From the NCBI RefSeq assembly GCF_022045235.1, contig NW_027266343.1:19840001-19904000 (forward strand): 64,000 bases of DNA. Reading direction: 5' to 3'. Below, in pieces: positions 39,787 to 53,299 of the stretch. The position numbers were made by a program, and so were the translations under genes. A model generated the notes under the pieces. It was not told the DNA's origin, did not search any database, and worked only from the letters and a program-made list of their open reading frames with translations. The stretch comes from Haliotis cracherodii. Taxonomy: Eukaryota. The stretch's first letter is position 1, and every line of letters starts with the position of its first letter.

Positions 39787-42007
39787 GTGTTAAATCGTCA
39801 GTAAATATAATAATGTTTAACAATAATTCTGCATTTGTATTTCTAGAGGAACCCGTCCATCAAGTTGTACGGTCTGCCCTGGGGGTGGCCTGGCTGGGTG
39901 GGGTGGAACCTGTACGACACCCCGGACCAGACCGCCACGTACATCGTCAACTGGGTTCTGGGAGCTAACACTACCCACGGGCTACAAATAGACTATGTGG
40001 GGGTGAGTTCTGGAGTGTCATATGTATTGTTCATATAATCGATTTTTTAACATAACTAATAATAATTAGCTGTATGGGAAAGCAGGGTAGTTGTTACCTG
40101 TTAAAGTGGGTATTTGGATAGGGCTTTACGTGGCCTTTAACACTGTCAGTTATTTGACAGTTGATCACTTATATATCACGAAAGCTGAACGTAAAAGTCT
40201 AAAGTGCCAAACCCTCCTCTATAGGCATCCAGCATATCACTTAATTTGCATTGGCATCCAATTTAAGAACTCATGTGTCATATCAGTGTACTCAGCCGGT
40301 ACAATGAATTTAGACTGCCAAAGGGCTAAATATATTCTATTGTTTTGTCATTCTTTGTAAGAAAAAAAAATCAACATTTCATGGCATCCAGCGTACTAGA
40401 ATCCGGAATGCCTCTCAACAGGGTTTGGTATCCAGCTTACTGAAAAGGGGGTTGGCACCCTCGCATATCGTAGACATTATCTCTTGGATCCCACGGGCAG
40501 GGATATGCCGTGCTGACCTAGGATCATGATAAGACGATAAAGGGGTGTCACAAAGAGGGGAAACCTTAGACCACTGGCCTACCCGTGCATTTGTTAATGG
40601 TTGGATCACCGGTCCACACTAATCTATTCAGGATGTTGTTACTTTGAATCGTCTATACTGAAACATTGAAAACGCATAATCAACTTTAACTTGAAATCAG
40701 AAAATATGTGTTTTTGTGCTCATCCCCAAACACATCGAACGAGATTCGAACCCGTACGTTTGATTATGTCATGCCTAAATACCCAGACGTACGAATCTGA
40801 CTTTTGTGATCATATTGCCAAATATTACAAATACTCGAATATACATTTTCACAATGTTTCAGTATACGATTTTATGTTCTGTTAAGACACAGGGTATCAG
40901 GACTGGCGCACAAGAGTCAATTTCCAACACACCTTACAAATGTAACACTTTCTATCTGGTAATGGTTTGTTTTAAAAACAACACTTTACATGTCTAGTGA
41001 GAACCTTAGTAACCTTGGTTTCAAATCATCCTTTACAGATTTGGAATGAGAGAATGTATAACGTCACCTACATAAAGGTAAGTACAGGCCTGGCGCCACC
41101 AGACAAGTTCGTATATTGTAAATGTTTGAGTTACTGTGATTCGTAAGCCTGAGGTCGACTTGTCGCAAATCTGAGGGTCTTTTTAACCATATGTCTGTCC
41201 GTTGCAGACGTTGAGGAAGACACTAGACAGACACGGTCTAGTAGACACGCATATCATTGCGCCAGACAATTTCCACTGGGATATAGCCGAGGACATCCTT
41301 GCTGACTCGGAACTTGCACAGGCGGTGTATGCTATAGGGTGCGTGTAGTTGTCTTTTTTAACACAGTGGGAATGACCACACTTGTTCTGCTGCAGTCAAC
41401 AATAACCCCAGCTTCGTCACCGGCACCTGTATGTAGCAATTGAATCAGGTTAGCAAAGAAATTAAGCAAATGTAAAACATGTGAATGTATCAAGGAAAAC
41501 CAGTGATGACACCAGGTGTTCGCGAAAATTGTAAGCATGAACCTGCCCTGCCGGTAGCACCAGCCACTCACACAATTTGCATGAACGGTTAGTGTTTGTT
41601 TGTCGCTATGTAGTGTTGTTCTTCCCTCAAATCCACCCCGTTATGATTCTGGGCCATCCTTGGTTCCCAGCATCCTCTGCTTGTGCGAAGACCAGGGTTG
41701 TTGCAATGGGTGACCTGGCTGATTTTGTGGCATCGTACACTGATAGCTTATGCTATTGACCACCCGTTTACCAAGGTGGATCCATGCTGATCGTAAGAGA
41801 CGGTGACTTGTTTGCGTAGTTCGATGCTCAAGGTGTCAATCACTGTCAACCAATGATCGAGACTGATTGTTCTCTTGTGCTGACGTGTCACAGTCTCTTA
41901 TAGTGTTAATAGTTATACAATTTGATTAACTAATAACGACCCCAATAACTTAAATATTGAGTTATATTTAAAATTCCATCTTTTTGTCTTCGCATTATTA
42001 TTATTAT

Positions 42008-42040
<33 letters not shown>

Positions 42041-45000
42041 TAAATTCAGCTCGCATTACCCCAAGACAACCAGCACACCGACGGCAGTGAAGACAGGCAA
42101 GCGTCTCTGGGCATCGGAGGATCAGACATTAGTGGTGATACTTGAACCTTATCGCAAATCATTATTCACACAGTAACACCCCGTTTACCCGGACAGCTCG
42201 TTCCCAGTAAAACCGTCCTTATTAACAGGGTACCCGATTACTGAATGATGGGTACGGATTAATATGCCCTTGCGTGCTCTTCCATGTCAAATCAGGGATT
42301 ATGTCAAATCAGGGAGTATATCAAATCAGGGAATATGTCAAATCAGGAAATATGTCAAATCAGGGTATATGTCAAATCAGGGAATATGTCAAATCAGGAA
42401 ATATGTCAAATCAGGGTATATGTCAAATCAGGGAATATGTCAAATCAGGGAATATGTATAATCCCTGACATTTTTAGGTATAATTAGACAAATTCCTTGA
42501 TTTGATAATGATTGTTTTAAAAATATTCCCTGAAAATATTTCATTCATGGTTGTTAGAAGAAGTAATTTCTAAAGTATCATCATGACATTGTTAAAGAGT
42601 TAGATTGTTAAATAGAAAAGGTATATATATATGCACATGTTTGTTGCCTGGTTCATAAAAAAACAAAAAACCCATTAGTATAGGCGTGACCAACCGAGAA
42701 CACTAAAATTGTTCTGACAACACATAATCATTATGATCATGATGTTCACGGAGTTAACAGTAAAAATACTGTTCATTATTACATTCAGATATATTACATA
42801 TATTCCCTACACAAATATACACATTCCCTGAATTGGCATGATCCCTGTAACAATTTGTATTGCAGTGTACTGCGTGGATTTATTATGCTGCTCTGGGTAA
42901 ACATCGGGGTGAAGCTTTCACCATTAAGGCCAACATAGCAGTCAGTACTAGATTAATCCTTGAAAGTAATTTTCTATTTATAGAACTGGAACAGGAACTA
43001 TGTCCATGGGAACATGACAGGGTAAGAAATTGTTGACGTTTTCTTAAACGTTAAAATCTGAATATTTGCAGGATATACTTATTTATCATAAAATGGGTAG
43101 GTTTCTCGGCAGGATAAAGCCAACGGATAAAAACGATATCCATTGGGGTCATATGCGGATAGAGATGCAAATATCAAAGGTCAAGTAGGACTACTTTCAC
43201 TGTTTGTAAACAAACATGGCGTCGCCCTCGTCATTCGGCGATCGAGTCAGAATTAACCATCGGGAATCTGGATAAACTACTGGGATAATTGCTATCATTA
43301 TCAAAAGAACAGTGTAATATACTGAGAATCAGTGTCTAACTGTGACGTAGCTAAGGCATTTTATAAGTTTTGGCAACTTTGGAGATATAAAGTTTGAAAC
43401 AATTTTGCGAGGGCACGAGGCCTAGCCAAGCGGGGTCAGTGCTTGTAGACCTCTGCGGCTTAAAACCTTCTCCACATATTAAAAAAGTTGGATTGGGCCG
43501 AACTATGTTTGAATTGTTACCTTGTTTCGTTTTTTCGCTGTGTGTACATCTGGCTACACTTCTTAACGTAATGACAGGACAGATCGAATGTCAACAACGT
43601 CTGACAGTGGCCGTGACGTCTCATAGACTAGGGTTAGAGTAGCTTCCCTTTGACAAAGGGCAGTTACTCTAGCGGATCGACCGATGGATTGCCGCGAAAG
43701 GCAATTAAAAACAACTGTTGTTTTGCGTATATGTTGCTTCGCCACTGTTTTAGAAACAGATTTTAGTTGGAACTCTTTTGGCTACTGTCACTGTCCGACT
43801 GACACATCACTTACCCTGTGACGTAATAAATATTAATGCGCGCATTCCAGGAAAACTCGCAATGTTTCGGTAATGTTTGTGAGAGAGGGAAAGCGATTTT
43901 GAAGCACAGAATTAAAGAATGACATTATATGATAAAGAGGTTATCACGCTTGTGTGTTTTGGGATGGTAAATATCCTGTATTAGGAATAAACACTATGTA
44001 TTTAGCTCGCCAAGGCTCGCTAAATACAATGTTTATTCCTAATGCAGGATATTTACCATCCCCAAACACACTCGCGTGATAACCTCTATTAATGTGTACC
44101 ATTTAGCCCCTGTTAGCATGAAAAGGCACATGTAGTCTTATGTTTATGTGTGTATAACATATGAATAGGTTATTGAATAGAAATGTGGTCATGGAAACGC
44201 AGATCAAATATTTAACATAAACTGCTTTCCATATTCATAAAGAAAAGCTCTGCCAAAATCAGAGTCGATTCCGACTGTACCATGAACATGTATTTATAAA
44301 CAACTATCAAATAGTGATGATAACAGATTTTCGGGAAAAGGTGAGCGTATCCAACCCCACCTGTGGCACCTGTCAAAGGCAAGTCAAGTGATCACCTGAA
44401 AAAACCTACGGGAACATATGGTACAAGTGAAAATAAAGAATTGCATCGGACATATTTTTTGTCACTGATGCGTCAAATTTGGAAATGGTCTCCACCTGTC
44501 TACCATAAATCATTGAATACAGACAAATGATCATATATTTGTTTCAGTACAATTGCATGGCCATTGATCGCCAGCTACTATCAAGGACTACCTTACTACC
44601 CCGCTGGGCTAATGACAGCATCCGAACCATGGAGCGGGTACTACCCAGAACCTAAAACAATATGGGTTGCAGGTACACAAAACTCGCACTATAATTATAA
44701 AAGCAGACATTTGCATTCTGAAACACTGAAAAAAGTTTAATTTATGACGATTTGTCCTTTGGTGGAGTGTCCCAGTCGTGTTAGGCGCCGTGATTCGCTG
44801 TGCGGAGTTGCGTCCCTTGGGCACGTCAGAAACCTATGATTGTGGATTCGAATCTCGGTTCGCCCCGATTATGTTTCTAGGTTTGTCAGCACCATACCCG
44901 TGCTCGTGGGTTTCGCCGAAGTGGTAAACGTCTGAGACCTGCATCACTTCGGGGTTTCCTCCCACATTAAGCTTACACGTTGTGATATAACTGGAATACT

Positions 45001-48000
45001 GTTAAAAGCGGCGTTAAAGTCACTCACTCACTCCTTTGGGGGGGGGGGGGGGGATCATGTATTGTAGTCCACATGTTAATGATATTCTAGTTTTAAACTG
45101 TCGATTCAAACGAATATTATTGTATTTATTTGTAAACTATACAAAAATGAATTAATCAATGTCTGATAAATCCCCATCACGGACTAACAGGCTCGATTTA
45201 TGTTTGTCATGACAGATCCAGCGTTGAAGCTTCAACGTTTACACTTTAATATTCCAATTATATTCATTTTCTAATCACTGTCACAAATAAAATATGAGTG
45301 AAAAATTCATTCCGGGGCTTTCATGTCTACATGTCTACATGTAGAACAGATGTTAGATGACATACGTCGAAAACCCAATAAATGAATAAACACTAACATA
45401 TATGTTAAACATACATATATCTCTGAGGAAACAGTTTGATCCAATTCTTGTTTTGAGATTTTATTTATATTGATTTTATATTTCCGTTTAAGCTCATACA
45501 ACTCAGTTTGCACAGCCCGGATGGACGTACCTTCGTCATGGTGCGGGAGTTGGAACCTTCAAATATGGCGGCACATACGTCACGCTCGTCAGTCCAGAAG
45601 GAAATGACGTCACTATCATAATTGAAACTATGGTGAGTGTCTTCTTTTCATTAAATGTACCGACCAGGTCAACGGGGTGGAACAAATGTTTATGACTTAC
45701 TGCACCCCCCCCCCCCAAAAAAAACAACAACAACAAAACAAAACAAAACAACAACAACATCAAACAATCAAAACAACAAAAACACCTACACCTACAATAT
45801 ACATGTGATGTAAAGGTAGTTGTACAAATAAAGATTGTGCCTATTCGAGCTTGTTACTTCGTTACTACACAGTGAGTTTGGTATTCAGGTTACTTGGTGG
45901 TGGCCATTCTTCAAATCTGAATCTGTTACAAATGATGCAAATTAAAGTTCATTAAGTTTTTATATTGAATACTGTAAAGTGAACAATAATGCATATATGA
46001 TAGTGTCTATATTATGATACCATGACTGCCCCGTATCGTACACTTATGTCGTAGTATTGTGGCTGTATATACTGTCTCTCTCAGAAATGAGGGGTAAGTA
46101 AACAACATCGACAGGGTTATCTTATCGGCCTTTATATTGCTACTACGATGTGATTCCTAAATTGAAACACAAAGGTAAACCTGGAAATCGGTAAAAACGT
46201 GTAAAAGCAGTAAATAACCGCACACGATCAATAAAATAATTTGAAAAATGATATTGAAACACACAAGTTTAGGATTTCAATCACAAAAGGAAATATGATG
46301 TATCAAATAGGTGGCAGCAGCAATAAATAACTGACCCTATATTACATGTCAGAGTACTTACGAATATTCAACATTTGCCACAGTCGAATGACTTGAGAGA
46401 GATACGTGTTCCGTTTTAATTGGCTGGGAGGAATTGCGCTTTAGATTGGTATCCTATCCACACTGCTCATGTAGATAAGACACAAGTCAGGTCGTAGAAG
46501 GCCTCGAATCGCCCTCATCTCGCTCCTTTATAGGTAAAACCCGCCTTCTAGAAACATCATATCACTAAACTTCTCGAATGATGTAGCTGTCCTGTTCATT
46601 GCTACACAAAGACCGATAACTCTGAAGTACTCCGGCTGCCGCGGACCCCTGGAATCCGGCCACGACAAAACTCGATATTTTACGAGGATCTCTTTCATTT
46701 GCTGTCACTTACAATAATCTACCGCCACATAACAATGACACAACATTCATGTATGTTTCCTGCATCAGATGGACGACCAAGACGCCGGTCTACCCCAGAA
46801 TGTTACATTCCAACTCAAGGGATCTTTAGTGAGTCTTTAATAATAACGCATTACATACGCGTCCAATGGTTTGTGCAACCAATCCTTTATGTAAACGTCT
46901 TTAATTTATTGCGAGATATTTAATACTATTTGTACCTGACTGCTTGAGTAATATCTTTGATTGGCTTGCTTATGTTTATTAATATGCTGTATTGTTACAG
47001 GCAAGTAAATCGCAGTTTAATGTTTGGTACACCAACACACAGACAGACGAATACTTCATTGAGAAACCACTTATGCAGGTAGGTTGTAACTTTATATTAA
47101 TTAAAGAGTATTCAAAACATTTAAACAGGGTATAATAAAAGAACGAGAACTCAAATGAATATATTTTTGCTGAAATGTCTTCTTGGATAGACGGTGGATG
47201 GACAGCTCAATCTGGCCCTTGGCGTGAATGAAATGTACACACTGACTACTTTGACCTGTGGAAACAAGGGAGCGTACACCAGGCCACCACCTTCCAAGCC
47301 TTTCCCACTTCCATATATGGAGGATTTCTCAAGTAAGATAACGTTAAGAAGACATTTTTTGTATCTTTTTACACAGAGGACCGCAAAGTGTGGTTACCCC
47401 AAGTTGGATAAAATCGCTACAGGCTTTGGGAACAACAAGTTTCTGTACATGCATATGCTTTATAGCTCTATGGTAGATATAGTTACTTAGTCATTGTTTA
47501 CCTATGACGTGACAAGGTCACAAAGTGTCCATCAAACATATGGCATAAATCATACTGTAGAGAGAGCCACTGGTAGGGTTCGATCATCAAGTGTGACCGG
47601 GGATGTCGGGACTGTGAGTTAGTATACATGAAAAAAAGCGAATTAACAGAGAGTACCATACCATGTAAAATGCTCCATTCTGATTGGACAAAGATATGCA
47701 ACTAATGTTGTAAAATTTAATTTACTTGAACATGAATTCATTGTTTGACATTAACTTTATAGACAGTTATGATTAATAAATCGACGAGGACGCCAAGGCA
47801 TGCATGGCAGGTGGCATGTCGCGTCGAGCAGCAATCCTTGATTTACAACTGACGGAATCCTATAACATTACAGTCCTCCCTGGTTAGAATGCCACCTTCC
47901 GTCGTCTGTTGTATAAAATACACCAACGGTGCTGTACGATAATGGTTTCCTTTGATGATTTCACTGTTAAGTTTATATTTCTTTATTTCTTTATCAACAT

Positions 48001-51000
48001 TTTGTAAACATATACACTTAAACGTAGTTGTATGACAATACCGTGAACCCTCGTTATCCCACAAACCCCGCATTCCGGACGGTTACCTGTGAGGATATCT
48101 GTATTCTTTTAAACGGACATAGATAACGTCCTTTGAATTTGATTTACCTATGTTCGGACGATTTCACTGTGACCGTATCGTCCATATCAAGGAGGTAATT
48201 CATGTTTCATTGACTTTCTTTTCATCCCGTCGGGCCCATTAATTCTTTAATTCTGGTTTAGACATCAGTATAATCTGTGTAATATTGCAATGAAATATAG
48301 GTGCTCAGCCATGTTAAAAAGAAAATGATTTTAAGTTACTAACATTAATATTATTTTAATAAAAATCACCAGGTTACGAAGTTGGCGAAGAACCATTTCT
48401 GTTCTCCCAACAAATAGGAGCGTTCGAGGTTGTGAAAGCTGACGCTGACCATGGGAACGTCATGAGACAGGAAACCACACAACGACCGGTCAGCTGGTGC
48501 ACAGCTGACTGGACAGACAGGCCGGTCACTATCATTGGGGATATTACGTGGTATGTTGTAAGACAGGCCTACAGGCTCGTCACTCATACAGGAGAATTTG
48601 CTTTGTTGGTTATCAATTCGAAACGTTAATGTCAGAAAATAATGTCTAATGTCTGCCAAAACATATTTCATTGGTCGCAAAAGGTAAAATAGTGATGACA
48701 ATTGTTTGAATAGAACACTGAAAATCAGTAATGCCGGTAGCATTTGCCACTCACACAATTTTCCTAAGATACTGAATAATGAGATGTGACAGCTCCATGT
48801 AAAGGTCATGGTATGGGATATGTTGACAAGCGACGGTACGAAGACAGGCCAACATGCTCGTCACGTCGACCTAACTCACTCACATGCCTCCCTCCAGGCT
48901 GAAAACATCCCTGCAGGCCGAATTGTTTCACATTAATTGTATTCCCAGGACGGATATCTACCTGGAGGTTGACTTCCGCGTTCCGGCGGTCTCCGGGGTT
49001 CCAGACGGAGTCTTCATAGCATCCCGTCTCTCCGCGGGCGGTTGTGACACCACACTCGCATTTGGAGCGATAGTCTACCTCGACGTCAAACATCAAACAT
49101 TTCACCTGGCTGCCAACTTTCGTAAGAAACATTTCAGTTATCTTGGCTCGGTAGGGATGCATCTGTTATACTGTTGGCAGAACCATTTATTCATAATTTT
49201 CCAGTCGGTTTGTTTTTACATGGAAGGCCAAATCCAAACCAAAAGTCAAGGTCGATGGTACACCTGGGCATTTTTTACGAATAGTGTTTACAGAAATTGC
49301 ATATTGACCATAAATGATCATTCTTACGGTATTATATTTTACTGAATTGAATATATCATCCCCGGAGATTACAAGCAGAGAATTCCCTTCAAGGTTAGGG
49401 AACCAGTTAAAGTATTTTGCTAAAAACCTTCATGGAGCAACGAGGCATATCGCTTAGAAAGGAGTGCCATCCACGGTTTCAACATGTTACAGGTTTTATA
49501 TGTATATCGTATGACTAACATCTCAGGCTTTCAATACGATACCTGTCATTTGGTTGAGCAGCTTCGAAACACCTGCATAAACTTTGACGATAAATCAATG
49601 TTTGTTTAATATGAATGTCGTAATATCTCACCTCAGGTACGTGATTGTAAGGACGTTTTACTTGACATTAATTTTGACAGCCTTCGTTATCCAGTGTCAT
49701 GAAAGGTTTCATTTTAAATGTGCTTGTAATGACCACTTTAAGACATAAGTTAATATCATTTAACACCGACTTGTTCAGATCATTCCGGGGCGGTCGGGTA
49801 GCCTAGTGGTTGAAGCGTTCGCTCGTAACGCCGTAGACCCGGGTTCGATTCCCGACATGGGTAAAATGCGTGAAGCCCATTTCTGGTGTCCCCCGCCGTG
49901 ATATTGCTGGAATATTGCTAAAAGCGGCGTAAAGCCATACTCACTCACTCACTCACTCAGATCATTCCTGAGAACAATTGTTAGATCGTTGAGATAAGCC
50001 GATGATTTAAGGCGCGCTTCATTCAGTCAAGTTATCAGTTAGGGCAACTTTGCATACTTGAAATGCGAAAATAATTTAATGCTCGCTTGTGTTTCTTCAG
50101 TTTTCAGTCAGGTCATAACCGAGGGCAACTTCACATATGCTGCGGGATGGAACACTGCCTCGCTCCTCGTGAAGGTGAATACTCTCATCATCCCAACATT
50201 TGTCAACTTTTGTGGTGACAAAATATTCTCAACATTTGTTTAAAGTTGTGTGTGGTATAGTATGTGTTTTATTCAAAACTGACAACTTATCACTAATCAT
50301 GAGCAGTGGCCCTTAAACACTAATTGATTGAGTAAGTAGAGATTCGATTCCCGTTTTGGGTGTAATATGTCAAATCTTGTGATATTTCTCACCAATACGA
50401 ATCACTCTTGGTCACATTGGCTCAAATATTAAAACAATTATTGTAGAAAGGTTCTTGACAAACCTTCATTTATTCAGTTACATGCATCCCCTACACTATG
50501 TTGTTGCGTGTAGGGAGTCTGGAATGAAATCACAGGTATTTACATGTCACTGTTACATCATGCTTTAACTCCGTGAAGTCCCGGATTAAAAGAGGTCCTT
50601 CGTACCTCAACGGCGAATGGTTGGTTGGTTGGTTGGTTTGTTGTTTAACGCCGCACTCAGCAATATTCCAGCTATATGACGGCGGTCTGTAAATAATCGA
50701 GTCTGGACCAGACAATCCAGTGATTGACATCATGAGCATCAATCCTGCATGCAATTGGGATCGATGACATGTATCAACCAAGCCAGCGAGCCTGACCACC
50801 CGATCCCGTTAGTCGCCTTTTACGACAAGCAAAGTCGCCTTTTACGGCAAGTATGGGTTGCTGGAGACCTATTCTAACCCGGAATCTTCACGGGTCCAAC
50901 GGCGAATGGAGTGGCGGTGGAGTAGACAGTGGTTTAAGCGGTCTCACGGCACGCCGAAGGCCCGGGTTTGATTCTCCACATGGATACAATGTGTGAAGCC

Positions 51001-51458
51001 CATTTCTGGTGTCCCCCGCCATGATATTCCCGGAATATTGCTAAAAGCTGCGTAAAACCACACTCACTCACTCTTTCACGCAATGGCGAGTGACGTTGCT
51101 CAAGCTGTGGTTTGTCTGTTCTCGATTATGTACAGGCCACCTTGGAATAGCTGGGATATTGCTGACTGTGGCGATGAACAACAAACACGGTACATGACAT
51201 TAGCGGTATTTCGGTTTTCATTTGTATCGACATGAGTTTGTTAATTTCTACCAGGGTCTAGCGGCTACCGTCACTGTTAACGGAAAACCTTTATTCAGTG
51301 ATGTATCAATTCCATCTGGAATAAGAGCTGGGTTTGTTGGTTTGGGGACAAGAGGATATGGACAGGCCGATTTCGACAACGTGAAGATAACATCGGCAAA
51401 AGACGGACTTCATAGAATGGAAAAGATGAAATCTAGATTTAACTCTTTGCTTCCTTGA
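36942..51458 (+). CDS. GALC: Galactocerebrosidase-like GH59 gene 4 (divergent short-loop type), complete, 18 exons, ~655 aa
   Basis: Exons: 36942-37064, 38672-38740, 38917-38980, 39466-39554, 39847-40002, 41039-41077, 41208-41338, 42050-42134 (donor weak and least certain), 42984-43021, 44548-44672, 45493-45632, 46769-46828, 47001-47078, 47191-47332, 48373-48550, 48949-49121, 50101-50174, 51255-51458. Sum 1968 nt, in frame. AATAAA at 51591. Confidence 0.9.
37535..37712 (+). mobile_element. Non-autonomous Helentron/HINE (DINE-1-like) short element
   Basis: T-run start, tatccccc subterminal motif with a short palindrome, ctgtctgt microsatellite, cataacttgaaaaccg core and 3' gggggatgt. Confidence 0.55.
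38205..38560 (+). mobile_element. SINE family C (MetaSINE-like), near full length
   Basis: A box gtggtctagtggt, B box ggttcgatccc, shared core, (CA)n, 3' cgatgttaaacccc. Confidence 0.85.
42284..42456. repeat. 17-bp tandem repeat, ~10 copies (atgtcaaatcagggaat), gene 4 intron 8
   Basis: Direct reading. Confidence 0.95.
43936..44087. repeat. Long imperfect palindrome (~70-bp arms, ~12-nt loop), probably the end of a non-autonomous DNA element spanning ~43068-44087
   Basis: agaggttatcacgc...gggatggtaaatatcctgtattaggaataaaca..tgtatttagc pairs with gctaaataca.tgtttattcctaatgcaggatatttaccatccc...gcgtgataacctct. Confidence 0.85.
44760..45032 (+). mobile_element. SINE family D, near full length
   Basis: Reverse complement of 21356-21626; ACTC tail. 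Confidence 0.88.
49787..49956 (+). mobile_element. SINE family A, full length, young
   Basis: 12-bp TSD tcagatcattcc at 49775-49786 and 49957-49968; intact A and B boxes. Confidence 0.92.
50621..50896 (-). mobile_element. SINE-like family B, full length
   Basis: 13-bp TSD caacggcgaatgg at 50608-50620 and 50897-50909; (AACC)n tail. Confidence 0.88.
50912..51073 (+). mobile_element. SINE family A copy
   Basis: Aligns with 49787-49956. Confidence 0.85.
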
Positions 51459-53299
51459 TGAAACATAACGATGAAATCTAGATGAATGTTGATTATCCAT
51501 TTTCAACTATTTTTGTAATATATCTGTGTGATTAATGTGATGTATTTTTGTATCTAAGTTCATTAAGATCATTGATAAATGTTAGATCGGAATAAAGCAG
51601 TGATGACATAACGATGTCTTTCTTCAATGTTGTTTACTAGGTTATATTAAATTACAGACATGTAACCTCGCACACAGCAGCACTCTGAACCAGGCTCAAG
51701 TTTAACGACCCTTTCCCTAGCAACCGAACCACTCTTTACATGGACAATCACACAGAACATTACTTACCAGTAAACAAGTTACCCTGGCGGACTCGAACGC
51801 AATCACTCTCTGATTGAAGTATCGCTCTCGCGAGATCACGTTATATATTTTGCAAACTAAACACCCCCTGTTTAAACATTGCTCTCGTCCACGTTATGTT
51901 TCAAAATAAAGTGTATGTACATGTAGAATATAATAATAAACACCTGCTTGAAGATAGTCATGCTCATAATGATATCTCAGGAGAATACGTATATGTGTAT
52001 CTAGATATGCACACCTACACTGTACTTATTTGTCTAACTTGACAATAATAAGCAATATCAACAGTTAAGTGTTTACATTACATATACTTTGTAACATTCA
52101 ATTTTTAAATGCAATAAATTGCCAATGCAAAGAATAACCAGTCTAGGTTATCCGTCGAAACAGATTGTATTTGGCGTAAAGGACAAAATTGCTGTGAAAA
52201 TCATACTGGACCGCTGAAAATCAGTGATGACACCAGGTGTTCGCAGAAAGGGTATGCTAGTTCTGAATTACGTCTGCTGTGTACGAGTGCTGAGATTTTG
52301 CTGCTAATAAGTAAAGAAATATGTAAAAGCTGTGAAAATGATATGAATGGACCACTTTGAATCAGTTATGACACCAGGTGTTTGCGGAAAGCATGTCCTG
52401 TCCTACCGGTAGCACCAGCCATTCATGCAATGTGCATAAGAAGTAAGTATTTATTGCCTGACACAGCATAGCAGCACTCATGCCATGCCACGTCGTCCTG
52501 TTAACAAACCAGAAAATCCAGCAACACAAGCGACATTAATAATAATAATACAAGACACTGGTGTCGTGGTATTGTGAGAGAAATGGTCACGTGAGGATGT
52601 TCAAAATATATATACAATGTGGGATGCCATCAGGCATTAAAAACTTTCCCAGTTCAACCTGTGAAGTCTTTGGTTGTATCTTACATCCACAGTCCACAAC
52701 GATGTGGCTATATACCAGTATATGACATACATGTTGGTGTTTTCGGCATTTCATTTGCCCTTAAGCCACAAGGAGGATGTCATACTCTTCCAGCTTCTTC
52801 TGTACACCTCAAATGCGTGCATGTTTGGCTGATCTTATTGTGGTTTAAGAAATAACCCTGGACGTATTCCTGTTGTGTTCCTTTACATGATCTAACATAT
52901 TCGACTTGTTGCAATCCTGTCAACCTAATGCAAGGCAAGAGTTCGGCGCTGTTTCGATAATGTAGGGGTCATATCTTTAATGTTAAGAACTCAATATGAA
53001 TTGGTAAACTATTGTTTTGTTAAATCCTATATTTGGATGTCTCAAATGTAGGTGTGAAATTACCCAAAAAAATAAAAGTTAACAAATTTGTTTAAAGTGA
53101 AATACTGTTTTACTTTGAGCTTTACGACAATGTTGTACACCTCACACTGACCTCCCCCTTTTCACTGACATATGTGATAAACTTCCTTCCTCTTTTCTCC
53201 GTAGCGGTGATTTAACTGATGATCTGCTTCAGACAACCAACCGTATTGAACAGTCCCTAGAAGCTAATCGTAGTGCTTAAAATGACTTTGTAGTTTTTT

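Noticed and set aside
42264-42487. ORFs in all three frames ([15 protein letters not shown])
   Set aside because: 17-bp tandem repeat that happens to lack stop codons.
42866-42896. Candidate 31-nt mini-exon (tgcag...ctgg|gtaaac) that might supply the missing GCW segment of gene 4
   Set aside because: Its length breaks the frame with the phase-0 junction, it has no clear similarity to GGGCWxR, and gene 5 has the same short exon 8 with a strong donor. Not fully excluded without RNA data.
9919-51073. tRNA-like sequences with A and B boxes
   Set aside because: They continue into shared SINE bodies with tails and TSDs, so they are not tRNA genes.
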